In this document: positions 27,921-36,740 of the stretch, piece by piece
Numbering within the stretch: the first letter of the stretch is position 1
Layout of the letters: each line of letters starts with the position of its first letter
Assembly: GCA_022510925.1 (NCBI GenBank)
Contig: JAFLSO010000003.1
Location: 28,159 to 92,158, forward strand
DNA length: 64,000 bases
Direction: 5' to 3'
Source of the DNA: Treponema sp.
GTDB lineage: Bacteria; Spirochaetota; Spirochaetia; Treponematales; Treponemataceae
Position numbers and translations under genes: made by a program
Notes under the pieces: model-generated
The model's input: only the letters and a program-made list of their open reading frames with translations
What the model was told of the DNA's origin: nothing
The model's database searches: none

Positions 27921-28703
27921 CTACAGGAAATCTTTTGGGAGCGGTCTGCTCTCTGTGGCGGAGGGACTGTACAGTATGGCGTTGCCGGTTTTCCCGCTGC
28001 GCCTTACAAGTCCGAGCCTCTCGTAGAGCCACAGCATTATACGCACGTCGTTCGGCATTAGCGGTGAATTCAAGTCCGCGCGCTCTTCCCCCAGCTCCTG
28101 TACAATCTGCGCCAGCGTCATCTCCGTATCAGGACCCCGCAGGAAACTTTCGGGCAGGGTTCTTAGATAGTCCCCGGGCGAGCTGAACACGTGCGTCCTT
28201 AGGATGGAGTCTAGGCGCTTCCCGGTTTTTATCCAGTTTTTCTTGAACCTGCGCCTTCCGTTAGCGCTTTGCACTGGAATGTCAGTGGCAGTCCTTTCCT
28301 CCGTAACCGTGACCTCCAGGACCTCCAGCGTGAAATTATTTTGCAGCAGCACGGAGCGGAGCCCGGTTAGCTCCCTGAACATGCCGTAGATGTTCTGTTT
28401 TCTGGGGCTTCTGCGCGTCCTGTCCGCTTTTCCGTGCGTTCGGGTGAGTATGCGTTTCTCAGTGACAAGCGGATATACCACGGTGACTTTGCGTCCCTCC
28501 CGCAGCAGGCGCTCGGTCTTCTCCCTTAGGTGCGAGAGGCTTGAGGTTTGAATCTCTATGACGTCTCCTTTCGGAGTGAGTATGTCCGCTATGCTCTGGC
28601 CCGCCCTGGCCTCCGTGACGCTCCCTTCCTCCCGTGACGCGTACAATGCCTTGAGCGTCCTGTGCAGGTGCGTCTCGTTAAGCGTGCTTATCATGGCGGA
28701 CAC
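27921..28703 (-). CDS. Conserved hypothetical protein, putative PD-(D/E)XK nuclease-like fold
   Basis: NETHLH...IADILTPKGDVIEIQT gives a D...E-x-Q arrangement. Start lies 6 nt after the potD stop. Confidence 0.5.
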   Translation of the reverse strand: MSAMISTLNETHLHRTLKALYASREEGSVTEARAGQSIADILTPKGDVIEIQTSSLSHLREKTERLLREGRKVTVVYPLVTEKRILTRTHGKADRTRRSPRKQNIYGMFRELTGLRSVLLQNNFTLEVLEVTVTEERTATDIPVQSANGRRRFKKNWIKTGKRLDSILRTHVFSSPGDYLRTLPESFLRGPDTEMTLAQIVQELGEERADLNSPLMPNDVRIMLWLYERLGLVRRSGKTGNAILYSPSATESRPLPKDFL

Positions 28704-28709
28704 TGAGCC

Positions 28710-29762
28710 TTAGTCTGTGAAGCGGACTCCCTGCCAGCGCTCGCTGTATTTGTCCAGGCCCTCGCCCAGGTCCTCCTTTAGCGTGCACTTAAGCGCCTGC
28801 TCGGGGTCGTACATGGGCTTGGTGGTGACGTACTCAAGCGCGGCGGGATTCACCACGCAGGGGTAGCGGAATTCGTCTATGAAAAGCGCGTAGTTCTCCG
28901 GCTCGTGAATGAAGTTTATGAATTCGTTCGCAAGCTCGTAGTGCGGCGCGTCCTTAAGAATCACCATGCAGTCCAGTGTGGCGGGGCCGCCCTCGGGCGG
29001 GATGAAGAAATCTATGAGGTCGTCCCAGCGGCTCTCGTCCACCTCGCCGTATACAATCTCGGGGTATCCCTGGCACAGCCAGAAGTCGCCTGAGGCGAAG
29101 CTTTTCCCGAATCCCTCCGCGTCAAATTTCACTATGTTGGGCTTCCACTCTGTGCGCACCAGATTATACGCCGCGTCAAGCTCAGCGTCGTTAAGGCTGT
29201 TCATGTCGTATCCCAGGTGCAGCAGCGAGACGCCGAAAACCTCGCGCATGTCGTCCATCATGGTGGCGTGTCCCGCGAACTGCTTGTCCGCGAAGATTGA
29301 GTAGCTGCGCTCGTAGCCGGGGTCGGAGACCTTGGACTTGTTAACCATCACGCCCGTGGCGCTCAGCGCGTAAGGCACAGCGTACAGCATCTCCGGGTCA
29401 AAGCCCATTTTTTCTATAATTTGGGGATTTATTTTATCGCGGTTGGTGAGCTTTGACTGGTCAAGCTCGCGTAGCATTCCCTGCTTCAGCATGATTGACA
29501 CGAAGTCGTTTGACGGAATGACTATGTCGTATCCTTTGGCGCCGGCCTTAAGTTTGGCGTACATTTCCTCGCATGTGGAGTAGCTGTCTAGCCTGACCCT
29601 TACGTTGAATTTGTCCTCGAATCTCTTGACCACCTCTTTGGGCGTGTAATATGTCCAGTTGTAAAGGTAGAGGGTCCTTTCATTCTTTCCGGAGCAGCCG
29701 GCGGTAAGAAATGCTGCCGCTGTTACGGCGAAAACAGCCATGACTTTAGAAATGCGTCTCAT
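28710..29762 (-). CDS. potD: Spermidine/putrescine ABC transporter substrate-binding lipoprotein
   Basis: Lipobox LTAGC, LYLYNWTYY, EEMYAKL, YDIVIPS, MMDDMRE and IPPEGG..TLDCMVI. Confidence 0.88.
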   Translation of the reverse strand: MRRISKVMAVFAVTAAAFLTAGCSGKNERTLYLYNWTYYTPKEVVKRFEDKFNVRVRLDSYSTCEEMYAKLKAGAKGYDIVIPSNDFVSIMLKQGMLRELDQSKLTNRDKINPQIIEKMGFDPEMLYAVPYALSATGVMVNKSKVSDPGYERSYSIFADKQFAGHATMMDDMREVFGVSLLHLGYDMNSLNDAELDAAYNLVRTEWKPNIVKFDAEGFGKSFASGDFWLCQGYPEIVYGEVDESRWDDLIDFFIPPEGGPATLDCMVILKDAPHYELANEFINFIHEPENYALFIDEFRYPCVVNPAALEYVTTKPMYDPEQALKCTLKEDLGEGLDKYSERWQGVRFTD

Positions 29763-30006
29763 TTTTTTCTCCTGGTTCTTTTTTATCGTTCCTCAGTTTA
29801 ATTTAGAAGCTAACGTTTTAGCCTCATCAGAGTCATTATCAGCATACATGAATTGCAGGAAAAAGACAAGGTCTCTGTGTATGCCCTATATATGGTGTGA
29901 CTATACATAATGTAGACGCTATATGCTCATTTGAATGTTTGAAATTTATATTCATCGGCGGAAAAATCTTGACTAAATGACAAAATAATGCAAAAATGAA
30001 TGCTAG

Positions 30007-30041
30007 GTGGGATTTAGTGGGGAAAAGTGGAAAGCAGTGGT
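30007..30041 (+). promoter_or_regulatory. Four MraZ-binding boxes at 10-bp spacing
   Basis: GTGGG (30007), GTGGG (30017), GTGGA (30027) and GTGGT (30037), directly upstream of mraZ. A candidate promoter TTGACT (29969)-N17-AAAAAT with TG-n lies just upstream. Confidence 0.8.
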
Positions 30042-30488
30042 ATGGATATGCTTATCGGTGAGTACCGCATTACGCTTGATGATAAGGGCCGTGTGTCTTT
30101 TCCGGCGAAATTGCGTACTGTCTTACAACAGAACGAGCTCATGATAACGCAGGGTCTGGACCACTGTCTTACACTTTTTACAACTGATGAATGGACCGGG
30201 CTGGCGAACAAAATTCTCAGCTCCGCGTCCATATTTGATTCGCAGAAACGCATAGTCATGCGCAGGTTCATAGGACCGGCGCAAAAAGTCGAATTCGATA
30301 AATCAGGTCGCCTTTCTATCCCGCAAAGTCTTCGTGACTACGCATCGCTCTCTTTGGGCGGTGAGTGCGTTATTCTGGGCATGAGCAAGTACATGGAGCT
30401 TTGGTCTGCCGCGGAATATCTGAAAAATTACGAGGACACAAACGACGCCTATCCTATTGCCGCGGAGTCCATGAGATCCATCATTTAA
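30042..30488 (+). CDS. mraZ: Division/cell-wall cluster transcriptional repressor MraZ
   Basis: GEYRITLDDKGRVSFPAKLR, FDKSGRLSIP and GMSKYMELWS. Start is ATG 30042 or 30048. Confidence 0.95.
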   Translation: MDMLIGEYRITLDDKGRVSFPAKLRTVLQQNELMITQGLDHCLTLFTTDEWTGLANKILSSASIFDSQKRIVMRRFIGPAQKVEFDKSGRLSIPQSLRDYASLSLGGECVILGMSKYMELWSAAEYLKNYEDTNDAYPIAAESMRSII

Positions 30489-30581
30489 TAGGCAGTAGGC
30501 TGGGTTTTGTATCTCAAGATGTTTTTGTCGCTCCCCAGGGAGTGGCTTAACATACCTGGAGTAGTGTGACGGGGTAAAAAA

Positions 30582-31568
30582 GTGGAAGTTGTTCATACGC
30601 CGGTTCTATTAGAAGAGTGCCTCTCCTATCTTTCGCCTGAGGGCGAGCCGTACGGGAGCGATGCTTTTATGATAGATTCTACGCTTGGCGAAGGTGGACA
30701 TTCTTTTGGCTTTTTGCAAAGATTCCCGTCTTTACACGTTATGGGCGTGGACGCGGACGCACAGATTCAAAGCCGTGCACGCGAACGCCTGTCTCCATTT
30801 TGTGACCGCATGGAATTCCACAGCGGATGGTTCAGCGATTTTTACGCGGATTATCCTGAGAATCTGAGGCGGCCCGACATTATACTTTTCGATCTGGGTA
30901 TAAGCGTGTTTCATTATGAGCGGAGCGGGAGGGGATTCTCGTTCAGGCATGATGAGCCGCTTGACATGAGGCTTGATGCCTCCTCCGGGAGGAGCGCCGC
31001 CGATTTGGTCAACGAGCTGCCGGAGGAGGAGCTTGCGGACCTTATATACCGTTACTCGGAGGAAAGGTATTCGCGCAGAATCGCGTCCGCCGTGGTCCGT
31101 GAGCGTAGCCGGGGGAGGATAGACTCCTCGTCGCAGCTGGCGGACATTATATGGGGCGCCGTGCCCGCGGCCTGCAGGCATGGGGGACTTCATCCTGCGA
31201 CCAGGACGTTCCAGGCTCTGCGAATCTGCGTCAACGGCGAGCTGGAGAGGCTGCCACTTTCCCTGCACAACGCTTTCAATGTGCTGGAGCGCGGCGGAAA
31301 GATGGGCGTCATAACGTTCCACTCGCTTGAGGACAGGGTGGTTAAGAATTATTTCCGCGGACTGGGAAAGGCATGCGTGTGCCCGCCCCAGGTGCCCGTG
31401 TGTGAGTGCGGGGGCTCCCCCTGCGCGGAGATACTTACCAGAAAGCCGGTGGAGCCGGGCGAAGAGGAGGTCAGGGCGAACAGTCCTTCCCGAAGCGCCA
31501 GGCTGCGTGTTATCAGAAAAATCCGCGATGCGGAGGAGAGCCGTCTTAACGGCGTGGAGGCGTTGTGA
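30582..31568 (+). CDS. rsmH: 16S rRNA m4C1402 methyltransferase
   Basis: HTPVLLEE, DSTLGEGGHS, DLGIS, GFSF..DEPLDMR, HPATRTFQALRI, FHSLEDR and SRSARLR. Confidence 0.97.
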   Translation: MEVVHTPVLLEECLSYLSPEGEPYGSDAFMIDSTLGEGGHSFGFLQRFPSLHVMGVDADAQIQSRARERLSPFCDRMEFHSGWFSDFYADYPENLRRPDIILFDLGISVFHYERSGRGFSFRHDEPLDMRLDASSGRSAADLVNELPEEELADLIYRYSEERYSRRIASAVVRERSRGRIDSSSQLADIIWGAVPAACRHGGLHPATRTFQALRICVNGELERLPLSLHNAFNVLERGGKMGVITFHSLEDRVVKNYFRGLGKACVCPPQVPVCECGGSPCAEILTRKPVEPGEEEVRANSPSRSARLRVIRKIRDAEESRLNGVEAL

Positions 31569-31879
31569 TGCAGGAAAACCGTAGAAGAATAAGCGTTGTT
31601 GTCCGCACGGTATGCGTGTGCCTTCTGGCCGTGAGCATTCCCTGCCTTCTGATTTTTAACGGCATACAGGCGCAGAAATACACGGCGCTGCAGCGCGATG
31701 TGGAGGCTCTGGAGAAAAGGCAGGAGGAGCTGGTGGAGCAGAACAAGAAGCTCATCACTGACATAAGCCTGCTCTCCAGCTCTGACAGAATAGAAAGAAT
31801 CGCGGAGAATGAGCTGGGCATGCGTCCGGCAGAAAGCGATGAGATAGTGCGCGTAGAGATGAGGGATGCGAGAAAATGA
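31568..31879 (+). CDS. ftsL: Cell division protein FtsL
   Basis: One TM helix plus a coiled coil ending LSSSDRIERIAENELGM. Follows rsmH; GTG 31565 is an alternative start. Confidence 0.8.
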   Translation: MQENRRRISVVVRTVCVCLLAVSIPCLLIFNGIQAQKYTALQRDVEALEKRQEELVEQNKKLITDISLLSSSDRIERIAENELGMRPAESDEIVRVEMRDARK

Positions 31880-33303
31880 CCGGGGAGAATAAAAAAAGCC
31901 TGCTCACTTTACAGCAAGTTCTCGAATCCACCGGCGGAGTCCACGTGCTTGGCTCCGGGGAATTCTGCTTTACGTCCGTGCAGACGGACAGCCGCATGGT
32001 GCAGGACGGGACGCTTTTCGTTCCGCTGATAGGGCAGGCGCAGGACGGGCATAAATATGTTCCAGAGGCCATTGAGAAAGGCGCCTCAGTTATTTTTATC
32101 AGACTAAGGAATTTTGAGGAGGACGGAGATTTCTTCGCCTCACTGTCGCAGAATAATCCCGACGTGTTCTTCATAGGCGTGGAGAGCACCCTTTACGCGC
32201 TGCAGAGAATAGCGGCGCGGTACGTGGAGAAATTCCCTGATCTGATAAAAATAGCCGTCACGGGCTCAAGCGGGAAAACCACCACCAAGGAAATCCTTGC
32301 GTCCGTGCTGGGCCAGAAATTCTCCGTGGTTACTAACAAAGGTAACCTTAACAGCGAGACAGGGCTTCCGCTGTCGGTGTTCGGCATAAACGAGGGGCAC
32401 AAGGCCGGCGTCTTCGAGATGGGCATGAACCGCAGGGACGAGATAAAGGAGATAGCCGCCGTCCTGAAACCGCGCATGGCGCTGGTCACTAACATAGGCA
32501 CGGCTCACGTGGGACTCCTTGGCAGCCGCGAGAATATAGCCCGTGAGAAAGCCATGGTGTTCAGTCATTTCAACGGCATAGGGACGGGCGTGATTCCCGC
32601 CGATGATGATTTCTCAGATTTTCTTGCGGAGCAGATAGACGGAAACGTAGTGCGCTACGGCGAGGGCCTTGTTCCGGGAGTGGAATTCGTGGAGGACCTG
32701 GGGCTTGACGGGACCAGGCTTTCCGTGGACGGCGTGGAGGCTGTCCTTCATCTTCCCGGAAAGTATAATTACAGGAACGCGCTGGGGGCCATAGCGCTTG
32801 CCAGAATACTTGGGGTCAGCGCGGAGGAAATCGCACGCGGCATAAATTCTTTGAGGCCCGTCTCCGCAAGAAGCGAGGTGATCCGCGGAAAGTACACCAT
32901 AATGCAGGACTGTTATAACGCTAACCCGGACAGCATGAGGAAGGCCCTGGAATTCGTCTCTGGCGTTCCGTTCGAGGGAAAAAAGATACTTATCCTGGGA
33001 GACATGCTGGAGCTGGGAGAATCCTCCGCGGAGGACCACGGTCTCATAGGTGAGCTGGCTGCCGGCGGCGGCGCGGACTTTGTGATTTTCGCGGGAGATG
33101 AAATGTCCTTTGCCTATGACAGGGCGCGACGCATGAACGGCGGCTCAGGGATTTTTTACGTTCCCGGAAACGGTGAGGACTCCATGCATAGGATAGCCGA
33201 GACTGTGCGCGGCATAAGCCGTGGCGGGGACCTGGTCCTTGTTAAGGGCAGCCGCGGAATGGGGCTTGAGCGTGTGGTGCAGGAGCTGGAGGCCTCAGTA
33301 TGA
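31876..33303 (+). CDS. murF: UDP-N-acetylmuramoyl-tripeptide--D-Ala-D-Ala ligase
   Basis: DSRMV, AVTGSSGKTTTKE, GNLNSETG, EMGMN, DCYNANPDSM, LGDMLELG and VKGSRG. Confidence 0.95.
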   Translation: MTGENKKSLLTLQQVLESTGGVHVLGSGEFCFTSVQTDSRMVQDGTLFVPLIGQAQDGHKYVPEAIEKGASVIFIRLRNFEEDGDFFASLSQNNPDVFFIGVESTLYALQRIAARYVEKFPDLIKIAVTGSSGKTTTKEILASVLGQKFSVVTNKGNLNSETGLPLSVFGINEGHKAGVFEMGMNRRDEIKEIAAVLKPRMALVTNIGTAHVGLLGSRENIAREKAMVFSHFNGIGTGVIPADDDFSDFLAEQIDGNVVRYGEGLVPGVEFVEDLGLDGTRLSVDGVEAVLHLPGKYNYRNALGAIALARILGVSAEEIARGINSLRPVSARSEVIRGKYTIMQDCYNANPDSMRKALEFVSGVPFEGKKILILGDMLELGESSAEDHGLIGELAAGGGADFVIFAGDEMSFAYDRARRMNGGSGIFYVPGNGEDSMHRIAETVRGISRGGDLVLVKGSRGMGLERVVQELEASV

Positions 33304-34517
33304 GCCGTTTCACTTTCTTTGCCGAGAAGCCCGTTAGACCATACCACAAAGGCGACGTCCTGTTTGTGGCGAGCGTGATTATCCTCTGCGGTCTGGGACT
33401 TGTGAGCCTGTATGTGTGCACGCCGTATAAGGCGGAGCGTCTTTTCGGGTCGAGCCTGTACTTTGTGCGGCGACAGATGGCGTGGGCAGCGGTGGGGCTT
33501 GCGGGGATGATTGCGTTCTCCGTAATGCCGGTACGCGTGATGAAAAGAATTCTTCCCGCGCTCGTGATTGGCACCCTGATTCTGTGCCTTATGACTCTGG
33601 TTCCGGGAATAGGCGACTCCAGGAAAGGCGCCCCCAGATGGATACGCATTCCTGTGATAGGAACTGTCCAGCCGTCGGAATTCGCCAAAATGGCGCTGGT
33701 CCTTTTCCTTGCGAACCTGTTCGATAAAATTCAGCGGCAGGACGATGAATTCAAAAATGAGCAGAGGGATTTTTTGTATCCGCTCATAGGGCTCATGGTT
33801 TTTGTCATGGTGATTTTCCTGCAGAAGGATTTCTCCACCGGGCTTTTCATTTTCGCAGTGGGCTGCATAATGTTCTTTGTCTCCGGCGCCAGAATGCTGT
33901 GGATTTTCCCTTTACTCTCGTTGGCCGTTCCTGCGGCGGTCCTTATGGTAGTCATGGAGCCTTACCGTCTGATGCGTGTGGTCGCTTTCTTTAAGCCGGA
34001 GGACTTTCTTCTTACGTCAGGTTACCAGCGGTTCGCGTCGCGCAGGGCAATCATAGCCGGCGGCTTCTGGGGTAACGGAATGGGAAGCGGAATGCAGTAT
34101 GTGAACAGCATCCCCGAGGTCCAGGCCGACTATATTTTTGCGGGATGGACCAACGTGATGGGTTTTGTCGGCGTCATAGCGTATGCGGCGGTCCTTTTTG
34201 TGTTCGCATGGCGCGCGTTCAGGATAGCGCTCACGTGCCCGTGCAGGTTCGCCTCATACAGCGCGTACGGCAGCGCCATAGTCATAGTGTTCCAGTCATT
34301 GATAAACATAGGCGTGGTGTGCGGGGCGCTGCCTACCACAGGCATACCGCTGCCGTTCTTCTCTTCCGGCGGCTCGTCTCTCCTTGCGACCATGTGCATG
34401 TGCGGGATAATAATAAACGCATCCTGCTGTGATGAGGACGATGAGATGGAATCTGTAAGAAAGTACAGCGAAAGAAATATAGAAAGTTTTAACGGAGTGG
34501 TGGTGGAAAATGAATGA
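33300..34517 (+). CDS. ftsW: SEDS peptidoglycan polymerase FtsW
   Basis: GAPRWI, QPSEFAK, QKDFST, GYQ, IPEVQADYIF and TGIPLPFFSSGGSS. Confidence 0.93.
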   Translation: MSRFTFFAEKPVRPYHKGDVLFVASVIILCGLGLVSLYVCTPYKAERLFGSSLYFVRRQMAWAAVGLAGMIAFSVMPVRVMKRILPALVIGTLILCLMTLVPGIGDSRKGAPRWIRIPVIGTVQPSEFAKMALVLFLANLFDKIQRQDDEFKNEQRDFLYPLIGLMVFVMVIFLQKDFSTGLFIFAVGCIMFFVSGARMLWIFPLLSLAVPAAVLMVVMEPYRLMRVVAFFKPEDFLLTSGYQRFASRRAIIAGGFWGNGMGSGMQYVNSIPEVQADYIFAGWTNVMGFVGVIAYAAVLFVFAWRAFRIALTCPCRFASYSAYGSAIVIVFQSLINIGVVCGALPTTGIPLPFFSSGGSSLLATMCMCGIIINASCCDEDDEMESVRKYSERNIESFNGVVVENE

Positions 34518-35334
34518 CTATTCAGGCGCGGTTTCCGTTCTGGGGCGGAGCGGAATGGACTTGGATGAGAATGATGGGCAGTCAAAAAGTCATGACTGGA
34601 GAATCAGTCTGCTGAAAGGCATAGTCATAGTGCTGGGAATCCTTCTGCTCGTGGAGGGAATCCTTTACACTCTGGTAATGCCATGCCTCTCTCCCGCAAC
34701 GATAGAGTATTCGGGCCTTAAGACGCTTACTGTGCAGGATTTGTCAGAGGTGCTCGCGCCCGCAGGAAGCTCCACATGGGCGAAGTTCGACACCTCCCGG
34801 GCGGTCTCCCTGCTTACGACCGTATCATGCGTGGAGAACGTGGCCGTGGAGAAGCATTTCCCTGACAAGGTGCGCATACAGATAACGGAGCGCGAGAGCG
34901 TCGCGAAAACAATAGTCACCGTGGACGGTCGCTCCGTTCCGGTTCAGATAGACAGAAACGGCGTCCTGTTCACCGTTAAGAATCCCGTGAACGACAGCTC
35001 CGTGCCGCTTATCTCCGGTCTGCCTGTGGACAAGGCGGGCATGCGTCTTCCTCCCAAATATCGCCCGCTTATGGAGCAGATTGCGGCCATCCGCCGTCTG
35101 CCTCAGAAATATTTCGCGGCCATATCAGAGATTCAGGTGTGCCCTAAGGAATACGGAAATTACGAGCTTGTGCTGTATCCCATACATACGCACGTAAAAG
35201 TTTTCACGGACCGCACATTGGATGAGGATCAGCTTAAGTATATGATGGTTGTTCTTGATGTGGTAAAATCCATAGAGCCTGATGCGACTAAAATAGACCT
35301 GCGCTATGGATCCGTCTCTTATAGCGTGAGGTAA
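34510..35334 (+). CDS. ftsQ: Cell division protein FtsQ/DivIB
   Basis: TM helix, POTRA segment (VENVAVEKHFPDKVRIQITER) and C-terminal IDLRY. Lies between ftsW and ftsA. Confidence 0.85.
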   Translation: MNDYSGAVSVLGRSGMDLDENDGQSKSHDWRISLLKGIVIVLGILLLVEGILYTLVMPCLSPATIEYSGLKTLTVQDLSEVLAPAGSSTWAKFDTSRAVSLLTTVSCVENVAVEKHFPDKVRIQITERESVAKTIVTVDGRSVPVQIDRNGVLFTVKNPVNDSSVPLISGLPVDKAGMRLPPKYRPLMEQIAAIRRLPQKYFAAISEIQVCPKEYGNYELVLYPIHTHVKVFTDRTLDEDQLKYMMVVLDVVKSIEPDATKIDLRYGSVSYSVR

Positions 35335-35348
35335 CGCGGAGGAAAACT

Positions 35349-36605
35349 GTGAGTAATGTTGTTGTAGGTCTCGATGTAGGAACGAGTTTTGTACGCGTGG
35401 TGATTGCCGAGGTGAAAGACGACGGGAACATGGAGATTATCGGCGTGTCAAAAGTTCCCTCGCAGGGACTCAGGAACGGAGTCATAGTCAACATCGACGC
35501 AGTTGTGGCGAGCATAAAGGAGGCTGTGGAGAGCGCGGAGCAGAGCGCCGGACAGGAGGTGGTCTCCGTGTACACGGCGATAGGCGGAAGCCAGGTGGAG
35601 AGCCAGAATTCCAAGGGCCAGATAGGCGTGGACCAGAGCGGGAGGAACAGGCCGCTTGAGATTTCCCGCGGCGCCAAAGACCGTGCCATAGATGCGGCCA
35701 AGGCAGTCTCCATCACTCTGGATAAAAAGCTTCTCCACGTGATTCCACAGGAATACATAATAGACGGCTCGCCGGGATATAAGAGCCCTCTGGGCATGAT
35801 GGGCGTGCGTCTTGAGGTCGCGGTCCATCTTGTCACGGCCTCCATAACCGCCCTCTCAAACATAAATCAGTGTGTTACCCGCGCGGGGTATGGGCTTAAC
35901 GGCACCATGCTTAAGACACTGGCGGCGGCTTATGCATGCGTGTTGGAAGACGAGATGGAGCTGGGGTCCATACTCATAGATTTGGGCGGCGGAACCACGG
36001 ATGTCATGGTGCTGAACAAGGGCGCCCCTGTATACACAGTCTCCATTCCGGTGGGCGGAAATCATGTGACGAACGACATCGCCACGGTTAAGGGCATACC
36101 CACGGCGGTGGCGGAGAAAATAAAAGTGGAGAAGGGCTGCTGCTGGATTCTGGGAAACGAGCGCGCGGAGGAGGTCATAATCCCGGGAGTGGGAGGCCGC
36201 GCCCCCGAGCAGACCAACAGATATGAGTTGTGCGAGATAATAAATCCGCGCATGGAAGAGATTTTCACCATGGCCAAGCAGAAAGTGGTGCGCTACGCCA
36301 AGCTGTCAAATCTTTCAGGCAGCATAATCCTTACCGGCGGAGGAGCGCTGATGAGCGGCGTGGTGGAGCTGGCGCAGTACGTATGGCACACAAGCTCAGT
36401 GCGTATAGGAGGCAGCCCCGACATGGGAAAAGGAGTGGACCCGTGCTACCGCGCCGCCGATTTCGCCACCGTGACCGGGCTTGTTATAGCGAACAGAGAT
36501 GTGGAGCATGCCGACAAGGGATTCCTTAAGGGCAAGAAGGCGGAGAATACCTCCGGCGGCGAGAAAAACTCAGGCATAAAAGGATTTCTTCGGAAATTCT
36601 TCTAG
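35349..36605 (+). CDS. ftsA: Cell division protein FtsA
   Basis: VGLDVGTS, GLRNGVIVNID, LIDLGGGTT, VGGNHVTNDI and LTGGGAL, with C-terminal amphipathic IKGFLRKFF. Confidence 0.96.
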   Translation: MSNVVVGLDVGTSFVRVVIAEVKDDGNMEIIGVSKVPSQGLRNGVIVNIDAVVASIKEAVESAEQSAGQEVVSVYTAIGGSQVESQNSKGQIGVDQSGRNRPLEISRGAKDRAIDAAKAVSITLDKKLLHVIPQEYIIDGSPGYKSPLGMMGVRLEVAVHLVTASITALSNINQCVTRAGYGLNGTMLKTLAAAYACVLEDEMELGSILIDLGGGTTDVMVLNKGAPVYTVSIPVGGNHVTNDIATVKGIPTAVAEKIKVEKGCCWILGNERAEEVIIPGVGGRAPEQTNRYELCEIINPRMEEIFTMAKQKVVRYAKLSNLSGSIILTGGGALMSGVVELAQYVWHTSSVRIGGSPDMGKGVDPCYRAADFATVTGLVIANRDVEHADKGFLKGKKAENTSGGEKNSGIKGFLRKFF

Positions 36606-36740
36606 ATATGGTACGGGCTTATTTACAAAGGACATGAAAAATTTGTAAACTGAAGCAAATTACTTAGGAAGTAAACACTCCTTCCGGGTGGGGGATAGCC
36701 CGGGAGTTTCCGCAAGCGGAGAGTGCAGGTGGGAGGAAAA

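Noticed and set aside
29900-29927. CATAATGTA as a possible dif site, given xerC/xerD nearby
   Set aside because: It matches only part of the XerC arm and centre. The more conserved XerD arm (TTATGTTAAAT) is absent.
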